A DNA stretch of 63,877 nucleotides, filler included, from Octopus bimaculoides (GCF_001194135.2; 6 parts of 6 records of this genome joined end to end with filler, not necessarily neighbours in it), one strand, 5' to 3'. Counted from the whole stretch's first letter, positions 25,299 to 38,520 are shown. Translations and numbers: made by a program. The notes: generated from the letters alone by a model not told the origin.

Positions 25299-25328
25299 TG
25301 TTTCTGAAGTATCTTTGAATTCATCAAA

Positions 25329-26276
25329 ATGTCGACACGAATTCCTATTTTCAAAGACGATCTAAGCTTTGAAGATCGTCAATCTAAAGTTTGGGAAGAC
25401 ATGACCAGAGATATGGACAGACGCCGCCGAGAATGGGAAAATGAAATTGAAAATGTTCGCAAGGGTTTCTTCTCTTTAAAACCCAATGGTAAGTTTGATA
25501 ACATCGCAAGTCGATTAGGAGATGTTGATTTTGGAGTTGGGAGCAGTATTGCTTCCGGCATAAAACCAGGTGTATGCGGAGACTTTGACGATGCTACAGG
25601 TATTATTGAGAAAGATGCTAACGGGAGACCTGTCTTCAAAGTACGCTTTGATGTCCGAGATTTCAAACCAGAAGAAGTCAATGTCAAAATGGACGTCGAT
25701 AAAATGCAAGTCCATGCTAAACATGAATCGAAGACAGGAGGGTCTTCAGTGTCTCGCGAGTACTCTCGATCTGTAAATATACCCAAAGATATCGACCCAA
25801 TGAATCTACAATGCACGATGTCGAATGACGGTATATTGAGTATCGAAGCACCATTACCTCTACCCGAATATGCAGCCCTAAACGACTCGCCAAGCAGAGG
25901 ATCGATTGGTAGTGCTATGTCGCCACCGCCGAACTCGGCCGCTCACTCGACATCGATCAACAACAGCGCCACACGTCCAGTCATTGAAGAAAAAAAATAT
26001 AAAGATGAAATCGATATTGAAGATTATAACCCGGAAGAGATCACTGTTAAGACACTAGACAAGAAGTTGGTAATAACTGCTCGTCGAGAGGAGAAAATCG
26101 GTAACCGCACTACAACTAAAAACATGAGCAAAGAATCTACCATACCTGACAATGTCGATCCGCTCTCTGTAAAAGCGTTCTTTGCTGAAAACGGTCGTCT
26201 GCTTATAGAAGCTGTCTATAAATCTGATCCTCGCTGCGGAAGTCCCCTTACTCGTACAGATACCCACCACACATGA
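25329..26276 (+). CDS. Small heat-shock protein (HSP20 family) with two alpha-crystallin domains; p40/major-egg-antigen type
   Basis: Intact 315-aa ORF. ACD1 is about aa 103-175 (FDVRDFKPEEVNVK..SREYSRSVNIPKDIDP..SNDGILSIEAP). ACD2 is about aa 223-295 (IDIEDYNPEEITVK..TIPDNVDP..ENGRLLIEA). A Ser/Pro-rich linker joins them, and the N-terminal region is charged and likely helical. Confidence 0.95.
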   Translation: MSTRIPIFKDDLSFEDRQSKVWEDMTRDMDRRRREWENEIENVRKGFFSLKPNGKFDNIASRLGDVDFGVGSSIASGIKPGVCGDFDDATGIIEKDANGRPVFKVRFDVRDFKPEEVNVKMDVDKMQVHAKHESKTGGSSVSREYSRSVNIPKDIDPMNLQCTMSNDGILSIEAPLPLPEYAALNDSPSRGSIGSAMSPPPNSAAHSTSINNSATRPVIEEKKYKDEIDIEDYNPEEITVKTLDKKLVITARREEKIGNRTTTKNMSKESTIPDNVDPLSVKAFFAENGRLLIEAVYKSDPRCGSPLTRTDTHHT

Positions 26277-26365
26277 TTGCCACTATAAACAGTTCACATG
26301 TGTTTCAATCGACAATTATGTATTAAAATTTAAAAAAAAAAAGATGGTAAAAAATGGTAAGCAAA

Positions 26366-26371
26366 AATAAA
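26366..26371 (+). promoter_or_regulatory. Candidate polyadenylation signal
   Basis: AATAAA 90 nt after the stop codon. A second AATAAA lies at 26897-26902. Confidence 0.4.
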
Positions 26372-26644
26372 TCAAGAAGAAACGGAATCGTAATATTGTT
26401 TCTGTCAAATAATGATTTTTTTTTTAACGACATGACGGCCGCTCTCTGCTCGACTGGAAGACAATTTTTGTTGCCGTCCATTAATTTTTTTAAAATTTAT
26501 TTATTTCTTTATCTCTTCTATCGAAGCTGATGAATATTTGTTGTATTTTTGTTCCACAGAAATTATATGCAACCGAACCCTCTTTTTTTCGTTTTTTCTT
26601 TTCTTCTTATTTGAGCCCTGAGTCTTAATATTACCATTACCATG

Positions 26645-26699
<55 letters not shown>

Positions 26700-26829
26700 G
26701 ATTTATCATTATTTATAACTGTCGATATCATATATATTATTTTCTTATTCTTATTACTAATTTTATTCTTAATATCTATTGCCATTAGTATACTAGCCTT
26801 GTGCCTGTGTAAGAAATTGTTTATTGTTA

Positions 26830-26895
<66 letters not shown>
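26645..26895. repeat. Two (TTA)n microsatellites downstream of the sHSP CDS
   Basis: Pure TTA runs at about 26645-26698 and 26832-26895. Confidence 0.95.
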
Positions 26896-26896
<1 letters not shown>

Positions 26897-27243
26897 AATA
26901 AAGGAATAATAACTGACTTTTTTTCCTCTGTGTTTTGATGGCTGTTATTTCCTTTTCTGTTAAATCTATTATTTTTGGTAAAGAGAAAGTTTCAAGAAGA
27001 TTTTAGAATATGCAAATAATATTTTTTAAAATTCAACATGAACAGAGACCAGGTCTTGTAAGATGAACATATATATTATTCACCTGATTATGAAACAATA
27101 TTTTATTTAAGATTCGCTTGTTATTTAATTATAATTACTTTTANNNNNNNNNNNNNNNNNNNNNNNNNNNNNNNNNNNNNNNNNNNNTTAATTAATTAAN
27201 NNNNNNNNNNNNNNNNNNNNNNNNNNNNNNNNNNNNNNNNNNN

Positions 27244-27301
<58 letters not shown>

Positions 27302-30300
27302 GTACATACATACATTAATACATACAGATACATAGATACACATATGTGTAAATATTCCTTAATGTCTTTTAGCCTAAAAGCTGTGGCCATGCTGGAGAAA
27401 TGCGAGTAACATGACCTTGTAAATGGTCATTCATATGTGGGTAGTTTTTGGCTGTCAAGGAGATTAATATTGCTCCCCTCTTTTGAGTTTCTTGTCGTGG
27501 TGTAGGTTCCTATGAGATCGTGGAGACACCGATTTGAAGTGATTTGAGATCTTTGTTCGTCGATTCATTAGAATTTCCAATTTTGGCGAAGGAACTGTTT
27601 TACTTTAGGTGCTGCCGTCATTGAACCGGTTGTGCTGCTCATTTATTTGTTTTTTTCCCCACAGTATCATCTCCAAAGACCTTCAGAATCTCCTTGATAG
27701 TCTGGGCTTGAGTATCACCAGGTTTTGGCAGAACGTTATACAATACCTTTGCACAATGTGCTCACTCAAATGAAAAGTCGATACAGTTAATGACTATTTA
27801 CTGATTTAAATTCGTGATTCATATGTATAATATAAATAATACAAGGATATTGAGATTCAATCCATAGTGAGGGTTGCTAGTACCATGTACAGAATCGCTG
27901 TATATAAACACGTTTGTGCCTGATAACTCCCACCCTGTATCTCTTTTGTCTTCGTCTTATGATGTACACCCATATAAACGTGTGCGTGTGTGTATACGGG
28001 TATATGCATTTGTATAAAAATATATAAAGGGAATATCCTTTTGAACGAATGATATAAACTTCGTTCCAGAACAAAATATATATCGTCACCTAATGAATAT
28101 ATATATAATAAAACTGTAACAATTTTCCTTAAAGCAATCTGAAGTGCAACCATTACAGTATAGTGAAAGCGTTCGAAATGGCTCGCTTTGAAATTTCATG
28201 GATCAATATTTAATCCAACACAGCCTTGGGAAAGCAAAATATATTTAAACGAAATTTAGTGGATTTATATTTATGGAACACTTTCCTAGTGACAAAAATC
28301 TTTGCCCGATATAATAATACTAGTCGGCTCCGGTTTCTCTTTTTTTTACATTTGTGCTCACTTTGTCGCAATAATTAAGTATATTTCTTCTCTAATTTTC
28401 CTGAATTCTCGGTAACTATAAGAAACGTCTCGGGGCCTGTACTACTTCTTTTGCAAAAATAAGGAAATAAATGAAATAAAAATGTGATGATCATATTTTT
28501 AAAATAGTAAGAAAGCAACAACTTTAGTCGTCTTTTTATAATGCTAATAATAATTAGAAAATTTCTTTTCTATTTTAAATAGTTTTAGTTCTAATTTTAT
28601 ATACAATTAATGTCATGAATGTATTACAAATTTAGCAAATTCTTGTTTATGTTTTTATTTCCTCATGTCACGACAATAAATGTTTTCTCTGCTTCTCATA
28701 AAACCATCAAATATAATGGCTTTTTGTGATGTGTGTTTGGGAACCGAATACGTAATTATAAAACAACATCTACACAAGATATTCTAAAACTTTCTATTGT
28801 AGTCTTCTGAAAGCTAGAAAAGAAAAGAAAGGAAGACGTCTTTTGTGTAGCATCTGAAAGATACACAGTTCGCTTCTCGTTCACAGTGGTAACAGAAGCT
28901 GAGGAGAGTCAAATATATTCTAAATATCTGAAATTATTTACATACAAATCTTTACAATATAACATTCTACTTTAGATCTTAAAACTATATTTTCTTCCAA
29001 AAGTTTTGGTGTCATACTTTTACCGTAATTTCAATATTGACTCTGAAAAGATGCTCAAAGAGAATTAAATCTAAAATATAATCTCCCAGACTTATAGAAA
29101 CAATGCAATTGATATTTATTTTGTGGATTATAAAGAAGTACGAAATTACAGAGGTTATAAATGAAGGCATTTTGGATGAAGTATTTTTGAGTATGGATGT
29201 GACGAAGAAATATCGCTAACGGACAGGGTAGTGGCGCATCAGATGTTGAAAAGTTCCCTCGTAATGAGTAATTGATCCACATAGTACATTTCAAATTGAC
29301 ATAGAAGGAGCGCAGAACAGTAGTATAGCGAATGTTGCAGCATATCGATTAAGTTTCATTAGATATCAGCAATCAAGATCAATATATTCGGTAACTACTG
29401 TCGGATGTTTTTATTTATCCTCAGAAGTGCGTGCAATACCAATGGGATTCTCACGGATCATATAAAACCGGGTACCTTTTTTTATGTAAAGGATGAAATT
29501 CATCATCCATACAACTTTCAAAGGTCTCCGTCTCAAGATCGGGTCCCTGGACTTAATGGCTCGAACAAACCTGGACTATTTAAAAGAAAATATCAAGTAG
29601 TCGTAAGAAGTTAAAGCCTAAACAGCTGCCAAATAATTATGTTGTAATATTGTTCAGTTTTTGTGCAGATATCAATCGAGCTTTTTACTACTAAAGATGG
29701 CAGTGCGTGCAATGGGCAGAATATTGCTGTTATTTTCATATCATACGATGCTGGAGAATAATTTCCATTAGTGAGATAGACACCAAAGTTAGTATCTATT
29801 ACTACAATTTATTAAGACTATATGTATCTATTACTTTGTATCAATCCCGTTTATATGTATATAGCCAACCCCTTAGAATTATAGATATTATATGTATCTA
29901 TTGCACGTTATAGAAATAGACATTGCAGGTATATGTTTGAATTTAAAAACAACAAAAAAGAAAAGGCGTTATACGAAATAGTCATTTGTGTATCTAGAGA
30001 TACTCATAACTCACAACGCACAATTGTACAGGATGTTACATTCAATAATCCTTTCTAATAAGGGCACACGGCTTGACATTTATTTGGCGAAGGGACAGTT
30101 TATATATTGCTGTCGGCAATTTATATTTTATGGGTGAAAGGACTTATAAACTTTTTGGTTATTTCGTCAAGTTATAATGTAGCTGATAAAGAAGGTTTAA
30201 TGGACTACTGTAATTTATATCATTTATATATCTGGATAATAGAGATTATATTTTATTAGTAAGGTGGACTTAATGATAAATTTAATGATTAGTGTGTGTA

Positions 30301-30344
30301 ATTGAATATGGTTTTGTAAGGTGTACATGTCGGCCGTCACTATT

Positions 30345-30745
30345 GTTGATCCTAGTACTTCTCTGGTACTTAATTTATGCACCCGATATGATGAAAGCTA
30401 ATTCGACTTCGGCGGAATTCGAACTCAAATGCAAAGTTGATATAATCTGCAAGGAACAATAATTTGATGCTTCTGGTCCTCTAAATAGTTACTGATCTGT
30501 CAATTAGTCTATAATTATAAAGGGCAACAGTAAATGAACTTCTATACCTATTTCGTTCACCCCCGCTTCTTGATGACATTCGCTATGAAGCTGACGAGAC
30601 ATTACAGCAAGACAAAAGAAGAAGAAGAAAAACAAAAATTCTCATCAAGATCCACTCCACGGTATTGTAAGCACATAGATGCAAAACGATGTGCAAAAAT
30701 AAAAAAAATAGTACTCGAATACCTAAGATTAGCTGTTTGTTCTTC

Positions 30746-30779
<34 letters not shown>

Positions 30780-30799
30780 GGGGGGGTACGTGTGTGTGT

Positions 30800-30843
<44 letters not shown>

Positions 30844-31145
30844 TGCAGAACGAATTGTGTTCTAAGGCTTTCCTTCTGACTTTTTTACGTAGTGAGTTCA
30901 AATACCGACGGGGCTGACCTAAATAATTTTCATTATTTCTTGGTTGTTAAAATAAGTACTAGTTGAACACTGGGGTGATTATAATCAACGTTCTGCCCAT
31001 CAAAACTGCTGCCCTTGTACCAGCAATTAAAAAGAATTATTAGAAAGGGTGTAGATGATTTCATCGACCCCCAGTATTTGCTTGGTAATTTATTTTATCG
31101 ATCCTATAATTATCAAAGGTAAAGTCAACGTCGGCAGGATTTGAA
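30345..31145. mobile_element. Three old SINE family A remnants (-, +, -)
   Basis: Degenerate cores at about 30345-30436 (-), 30845-31040 (+) and 31045-31145 (-). Confidence 0.6.
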
Positions 31146-33952
31146 GGAGGCACAATGCTATCTTCATTGCAGCAAAATAAATTACAATAACTTTAACAAC
31201 AACGACAGAAAACGAATCACTGAATCTTCAGCATCTCCGTTATTTCTCCTCTATTCATGATCTGCGGCTATCTTAAAACATGTGCTTATTTAAAATCATT
31301 AATTCTCGTTTATTTTCTTTATAACATTAAATGATAGTCTGAGAGAAGAAAAATGAGTTTATTACAAGCAAAGAGAGAACTGTCGTGAACATCACCAATA
31401 AACAGGATGAGAGTTAAAGATAGAAGTTATTTTAAGATAGTTAAAGTTAGGTTCTTGTAATTGATGGTTAGTGTTTCAATCAGGCTATCGTTTTTATCGA
31501 TTTCATTCAGAATGGATAACCTAAAGTAATATTCTTGACACGTTGGCGAAGAAATAATTGAAAACGATAAAGTCTGAGTAGTTAAAAAATATAACAAAAA
31601 CTATGTGTGTGCGCACGCATACATACACACTCAAGCACTCACATATATTTATATATGCCCCATACATACGCACATATACAGAAATGCGCAGAAACACAAA
31701 CATCTACACATACAAACAGACACACAGTCGCACATATACAAACGTACCCATACACGCATACGCAGAGACACAAGCTTCCACATATACATCCAAGAAAAGA
31801 CACATACACAAACGCACTCATACACGCATATATATTTGTATATGTATTTTTATATGTATGTATAATTTTAACTCAAAACGATTTTCCGCGAACAAGAACA
31901 AAATGGAAAAACAAGAAACACGAAAACAATAATTAATCCGGGAAATGAAAACACATTTAATCTTGCAGTAAAGAAAACACGAATACATATATACATATTT
32001 GAAATTACATACAAACACCCACACGCACATATGTATATATGTATATATATATACACATATATATATACACAAACACATATATACATACATATGTACATAT
32101 TTACGTAGATTCATATCTACATATATGCATGAATACAAACATATATATATGCATATATACATATAGAGATGTACATAAACATACCAACATCCTTTCAAAT
32201 ATATGCATATAAACGTCTATATGATGTGTGTGTTTATACATATAGAGACAGTGAGGGAATGAGTGAAGCTAGATTGAGATTGTACAGCGCATGCGTCTGG
32301 CAACAAACTGATTTACTTTCGACCTAGGTAGATACATCACCTCCACTTCGTAACAGCTCAGGTCACAAACGCCATAGTCAAATTTCTAACAATCTGTTTC
32401 ATACACTCAATTCGATATTGTTATTTTTATTTTCACTCGTTTTTTTACTCGAATCAATTCCGATAGTAGAGTTTGTATTTGATAATATTCATACAACCAT
32501 AATAGACTAAGTTTAACACAACTAAATTAGGTCATCTTGTTAGAAGTATATTTATTTTTCTTATTATAAAGCAATTATCGACATTAAAACACATACGGGA
32601 AAACATCCTACCGGTTGAAAACAGCAGAAAATTGTTAACGACAAGTAGTGAAGCATTTTTGGCTACGAATCTCAGCTGCTTTGCCTGCAGTTTAGATGTT
32701 CGAACAATAAGAATAAGTAAGGTTTCGCACCGACGAGCATTCTTCATAAAATTGTGTCATCATAAACTGCACAAACGCAGGGGATATATTTTCGTGTGTG
32801 TTTGTGTGTGTGAGAGAGTGCGTGTGCATGTAAGTGTGTCTGTGCGAGTTTATCTGTGTGTGCGTGTGTGTGTGCGCGAGTGTGTGTGCGTGCGAGTGTG
32901 TGTGCGTGTGCATCTAAGTGCGTGTGTCTGCGTGTGTGTGTATGCGGGTGTGTGTGCGTGTGCATGTGCATGTGTGTGTGTGTGTTCATGTTTGTGCGCG
33001 TATGTATGCGTGTGTGTAACTGCGTGTGTGTATCTGCGTGTGTGTTGTGTGTGTATCTGTATGTCTTCATGAATGTTGAACCTCAGAAGGGTCATTACGT
33101 CCATTATAAGCACACGCATTTTTTCTATTTCTCCTTATATTTATTTTCCCAGCTAGTTAAACATTTAACTAATTAACTAATCGATTGTCATTAATCATTC
33201 ACTGAATCAATCAACTAAGTTTTGTTAAAGTTCTTTAAACACTATTGCCGAACTCATCAATAACATTTCAATTCTAATCCAAGTCTGCCTTTGGTCAGCT
33301 TGCCTGGCTCTTCCAAGGTACAACTGAATATGTTTTAATATACGAGTTCATATCAACCTAACTCAAAGTTAATGTGTTAGCTTTCGTACATTTTGTGCAA
33401 AAGCTATCACATAGATACTAGCATATAGATCTACATTATCGATCATCATTGACTTTATACAAGTGATTGGTCTTATCACAACACACAATCTCATTTTTAG
33501 AACTTCTTAATATTTTAGTTTAACATAGAAAGGAATATAGTACATGTGGAATTTCATTTATCATTAAATCAAGGAGTCTCCCACAAAGTGGACCAGCTCT
33601 TTTTATGTTGTGTGGACAGTTGTATGTCTTGAATCCATAAATCTGGCTATCGCTTCATTTTCTGTCATAGACATGCGAGGCAGATTCAGGAGTAATAACT
33701 TCAGCAGAACATTCCCCTGTACTATATCATGTTTATTGCTTGAAAAAACTTCAAAATGGTTCATCATAACAACGTTATTGGTGAACCTCAAGCTCATCAC
33801 CATGCTTTCTCCCTTCATCGATGATTTAAGACGACAGGTGTTCTAAGCCGTCACATCCATTAATTATTTTGAGACCTCTAAACATATGGAGAAGGCTTAC
33901 GTGACTACGCCAGCACTTATCAATTACAAAAGAAATATTACATTTTTTATAT

Positions 33953-34228
33953 TATTTACCTTTGACGGATATTTGTTCTCATCTTGTTTGTTGTTAACAC
34001 AACGTTTCGGTTGATAGCCCTTCCAGCCTTCATCAGGTGTCTTTCGGAAATTTCGAACCTGAGAATACCTTAGGATTGAAAACCCAGGTTCGAAATTTCC
34101 CCAAGACACCTAATGAAGGCTGGAGTTTATATCAGCCGAAACGTTTGTTAACAACTAACAAGATGAAGACAAACATCAGTCAAATGTAAATAAAGTACAT
34201 AATTCCTCATCTCTTAAATATAGAACTG
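33953..34228. repeat. Fold-back (inverted) repeat built from a hammerhead-bearing dispersed repeat
   Basis: Arms 33953-34061 and 34085-34192 are reverse complements (93/109 identical by manual count) with a 23-nt loop. The right arm appears to continue to about 34228. Confidence 0.9.
33996..34041 (-). ncRNA. Minimal type I hammerhead ribozyme-like motif
   Basis: Minus strand reads GACAC CUGAUGA A GGCUG-gaagggcuau-CAACC GAAA CGU U GUGUU. The catalytic core is intact, stem I has 5 bp, stem II has one mismatch, and the palindrome AACGUU takes the place of stem III. Confidence 0.6.
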
Positions 34229-35402
34229 AGCTAATGCTTGTCTTAAAATCTTAAAGGTTGTTCTCTGTATAGAATACTTTCTGGGTGAGTTTCTATTTGA
34301 TATTCTTCGCAATTCGAGGTTAGCGTGCCTCTCAGGGACTTTGGCGAAGAATCAGCATTTACGTGACAAAAAATGTAATCAAAACACGATTCAGTAATAT
34401 ATTCTTAGATTGTTTCAAAATTAATTTTGGGTTATTCGGAGTCATCTTGCAGCCTGTATTCCAAAACACCTTCCTCAAAGATTCTACAGAACTGCAAAAT
34501 TATCACAGCTTACGCCATATGGGTATAGCAGCTCCAGCAATGGATACAGAAAGTTTGCCAACGACTCGAATATTTTCTTTCCAAAGTATGGTTCCATAAG
34601 GACATATTCGTAATTCCAGAAATTTGTAAGATTTTGATGCTGTTTTCAGTACTGTACGCTTGTATGGTTTATAAACATGGAATTTGCATCGATTGAAAGC
34701 TTGAGCAATAATTTCGCAAATACCACTTACATGCTGCGAACCTATCAATGTCATAAACCCGGATGATCTCGAAAGGAAGTAAATCGTTTCTTTGTGCGTT
34801 ATATGCAAATAGAGTGCTGATGGTGCTACGGCGTAGCACATGTGACAAACAATTAAGCTACGAATTAGAAGCTGCTCTAGCAATGTAAATACTATTGGTC
34901 ACGCATATAAAGTTAATGCTTTCTTTATACGGCAAATTTACTGCGGGATGACATCCGGGGAAAGCTTTCTGCTTAATGTGGAATATTAAAGATAACTTGA
35001 ATGTCACAAATTAGGCGTGATAACTCCCCTCGAATCACCGAGAATGGGAGATACCGATATTTTGTCATAAGTGAGGGTGTGTGTATGCGTGTCCTGGTGT
35101 TGGTGTCTTGTGCATGTATCACTATTTCGCTGGTTTTAACAAACGATATTGAGCCAAAGGCGTCCCAACGTTCTCGATGAAACGAGGGCAATGAAGCAAT
35201 ACCGTACTGAACAAGTAAAAGCTATGCACATGAGTCACATAATGTTATTTCATAACTACTCACTAGACTTCTAGAATTACTATTCATGTCGTTAACAAGA
35301 TGCACCATAATGGTAGCACAAGCGAGTTATATCAAGCTGCTGTTCACTCCATTGATTTCGTCTTTAGTATAATGTCAATATACATACATACATACATATA
35401 CA

Positions 35403-35460
<58 letters not shown>

Positions 35461-37519
35461 NNNNNNNNNNNNNNNNNNNNNNNNNNNNNNNNNNNNNNNN
35501 NNNNNNNNNNNNNNNNNNNNNNNNNNNNNNNNNNNNNNNNNNNNNNNNNNNNNNNNNNNNNNNNNNNNNNNNNNNNNNNNNNNNNNNNNNNNNNNNNNNN
35601 NNNNNNNNNNNNNNNNNNNNNNNNNNNNNNNNNNNNNNNNNNNNNNNNNNNNNNNNNNNNNNNNNNNNNNNNNNNNNNNNNNNNNNNNNNNNNNNNNNNN
35701 NNNNNNNNNNNNNNNNNNNNNNNNNNNNNNNNNNNNNNNNNNNNNNNNNNNNNNNNNNNNNNNNNNNNNNNNNNNNNNNNNNNNNNNNNNNNNNNNNNNN
35801 NNNNNNNNNNNNNNNNNNNNNNNNNNNNNNNNNNNNNNNNNNNNNNNNNNNNNNNNNNNNNNNNNNNNNNNNNNNNNNNNNNNNNNNNNNNNNNNNNNNN
35901 NNNNNNNNNNNNNNNNNNNNNNNNNNNNNNNNNNNNNNNNNNNNNNTATATATATATATATATATTTGAATGCTTGCTGTATGTTCGGATAAGTGTATTA
36001 TACGTCCGACAATATAATCAGCAGGAGACATTGCAGCGCTGTTAGTATTCATGTATATGTTACGTGGTAAATATTCCAAATATCTGTTCATAGGTATTTA
36101 ACGATTCGGTGATTTTGTCTGGAATTGGAAACGAATCACGAAAACGTCAGCTGCTGAGTCGCTTTACAGAGATATCTTGACAATTCTTTTATTTGAAATG
36201 TATTTGATGTATTCTTCAAGTGGTTAGCAACACTTGATGTAATTATAATATCTTTATAACATATATTAAATTCATTGTTTCTAACATAGGCACATATCCA
36301 CAAACTTATGACGTGATTAATCGATTAAATTGATCTCGGGAACTAGTAGCTACATTCTTTTGTCAGCCGTAAATGGTAGAAAGAAATAAAGTACCAGTCA
36401 AACCGATCGACCGCCATATTGATATAAAATAATAATTGTGAGTTCAATGTAATCCAAATTTTGGTTAATCCAAGAATTTAAACTAAGCAATCAAGAGAGG
36501 TGCGTCACTCTGATAAATATTCTGAAGAATTTACATAAAATGTAAAATAAAAACAACATAAGTACACGTTAATTATTTGAGTAATAATATAATGAAGAAA
36601 TAGAAAATGAATAACGTTTGAAAGACAGGAATTCGAAAAAGATTTATTGCTTTTGTAAAAGAAAGCAAGTGAAAAACAAAGCAAATGTTATTATTACTGT
36701 TTGATTTGATATCAACTGCAAATTGATCAGGAATTGCTTGAGATTGAGGTTGATCACTTCTAATTCCATGAGATTTGGACAAACTAACAGATTTCTCTGT
36801 CTATCCTTTTGTCCAGAAATGAAGAATTTAATAAAACTGATGTCATTATATATACGTGAGCAACAAACTAATCAATTATCACAAGACTCCTGATTAAAAT
36901 AATTATCATTGTTATCTGTATTACTTAACAAAACATCATCCCTACAAGGAGAAAGCTGCAATCGGATGTCGAATCCATGGCAGAACAGACTGTAAAATTT
37001 CTTGTATCATTGTTTTATTTTTATTTTTAAAAAATTTGGGTTGAATTTTAACGGGATTCGTTTGTTAGTTGAGCGATTGCATTTGTTTCTTATTGTGTAA
37101 ACTTCCCTAGCAACAGAAACGCAACATAAATTAACAGGCGTTGTAATCCAGAACTCTCTCCTTTATTCAGAATGCATTTAGAACTTCACGATATTTTTGT
37201 GAACGTAAATAGCAAGGTGTAATTGAAATTTTCCGAACCATTTCACACCAGCTGTGATAATTGTTTCTCTGACCCCCACTCCTCGATAGCATTAAGCTCC
37301 GAAAGTTAAAATAAGTAGCGATCAAATATTAAAGCCACCTAAGTCATCTACTCTTCATCATCAAAAGTGGTCAATGATAGAATCGTGTGAGTTTCGGTGA
37401 AAATGGAGGGCAATTTTGGTTCCAATACTATTTCTAAGTTCAAATACCATCAAAGTGACGTTTACTTTTTTTCATCCATTCACTGACTCTATACTAAATA
37501 TCTGTCTACTAATGACACA

Positions 37520-37581
<62 letters not shown>

Positions 37582-38340
37582 NNNNNNNNNNNNNNNNNNN
37601 NNNNNNNNNNNNNNNNNNNNNNNNNNNNNNNNNNNNNNNNNNNNNNNNNNNNNNNNNNNNNNNNNNNNNNNNNNNNNNNNNNNNNNNNNNNNNNNNNNNN
37701 NNNNNNNNNNNNNNNNNNNNNNNNNNNNNNNNNNNNNNNNNNNNNNNNNNNNNNNNNNNNNNNNNNNNNNNNNNNNNNNNNNNNNNNNNNNNNNNNNNNN
37801 NNNNNNNNNNNNNNNNNNNNNNNNNNNNNNNNNNNNNNNNNNNNNNNNNNNNNNNNNNNNNNNNNNNNNNNNNNNNNNNNNNNNNNNNNNNNNNNNNNNN
37901 NNNNNNNNNNNNNNNNNNNNNNNNNNNNNNNNNNNNNNNNNNNNNNNNNNNNNNNNNNNNNNNNNNNNNNNNNNNNNNNNNNNNNNNNNNNNNNNNNNNN
38001 NNNNNNNNNNNNNNNNNNNNNNNNNNNNNNNNNNNNNNNNNNNNNNNNNNNNNNNNNNNNNNNNNNNNNNNNNNNNNNNNNNNNNNNNNNNNNNNNNNNN
38101 NNNNNNNNNNNNNNNNNNATAATGTCATGATGTATGTATGTATGCATGTGTATATGTATGTACGTGCTTATGTATGTGTGTATGAACACATGCTAAGGTA
38201 TGTATGCCTGAATATATGCATGGGTGTACACGTGTGTCTATGACTGTAAAAAAAAAATATATAAATTTGTGTGTATGTATGCATATATGCATCTACGTGT
38301 ATGTGAGTGTATGTGTGGGTAAGCATATAGCAGAATGCGA

Positions 38341-38520
38341 AAAGGAGGAGGTGGAGGAGGAGGAGAAGAAGAAGAAGAAGAAGAAGAAGAAGAAGAAGAA
38401 GAAGAAGAAGAAGAAGAAGAAGAAGAAGAAGAAGAAGAAGAATGATGGTTGTGCTGACGACGACGGCGATGATGATGATGAGGAGGAGGATAACGACGAC
38501 GACTACGAGGACGTTGATGG
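38341..38520. repeat. Compound trinucleotide microsatellite (GGA/GAA/GAT/GAC)
   Basis: Long pure (GAA)n at about 38365-38440. It explains the poly-K/poly-L/poly-S ORFs. Confidence 0.95.

Noticed and set aside
25379-25816. 145-aa antisense ORF (and the 25515-25724 ORF) over the sHSP
   Set aside because: These are shadows of the real CDS, with no recognisable motif.
27660-27770. Acceptor-like TTTTTTTCCCCACAG followed by IISKDLQNLLDSLGLSI
   Set aside because: It could be an exon or an R4-type LINE C-terminal scrap, but it is short, ends in a stop, and has no corroborating motif.
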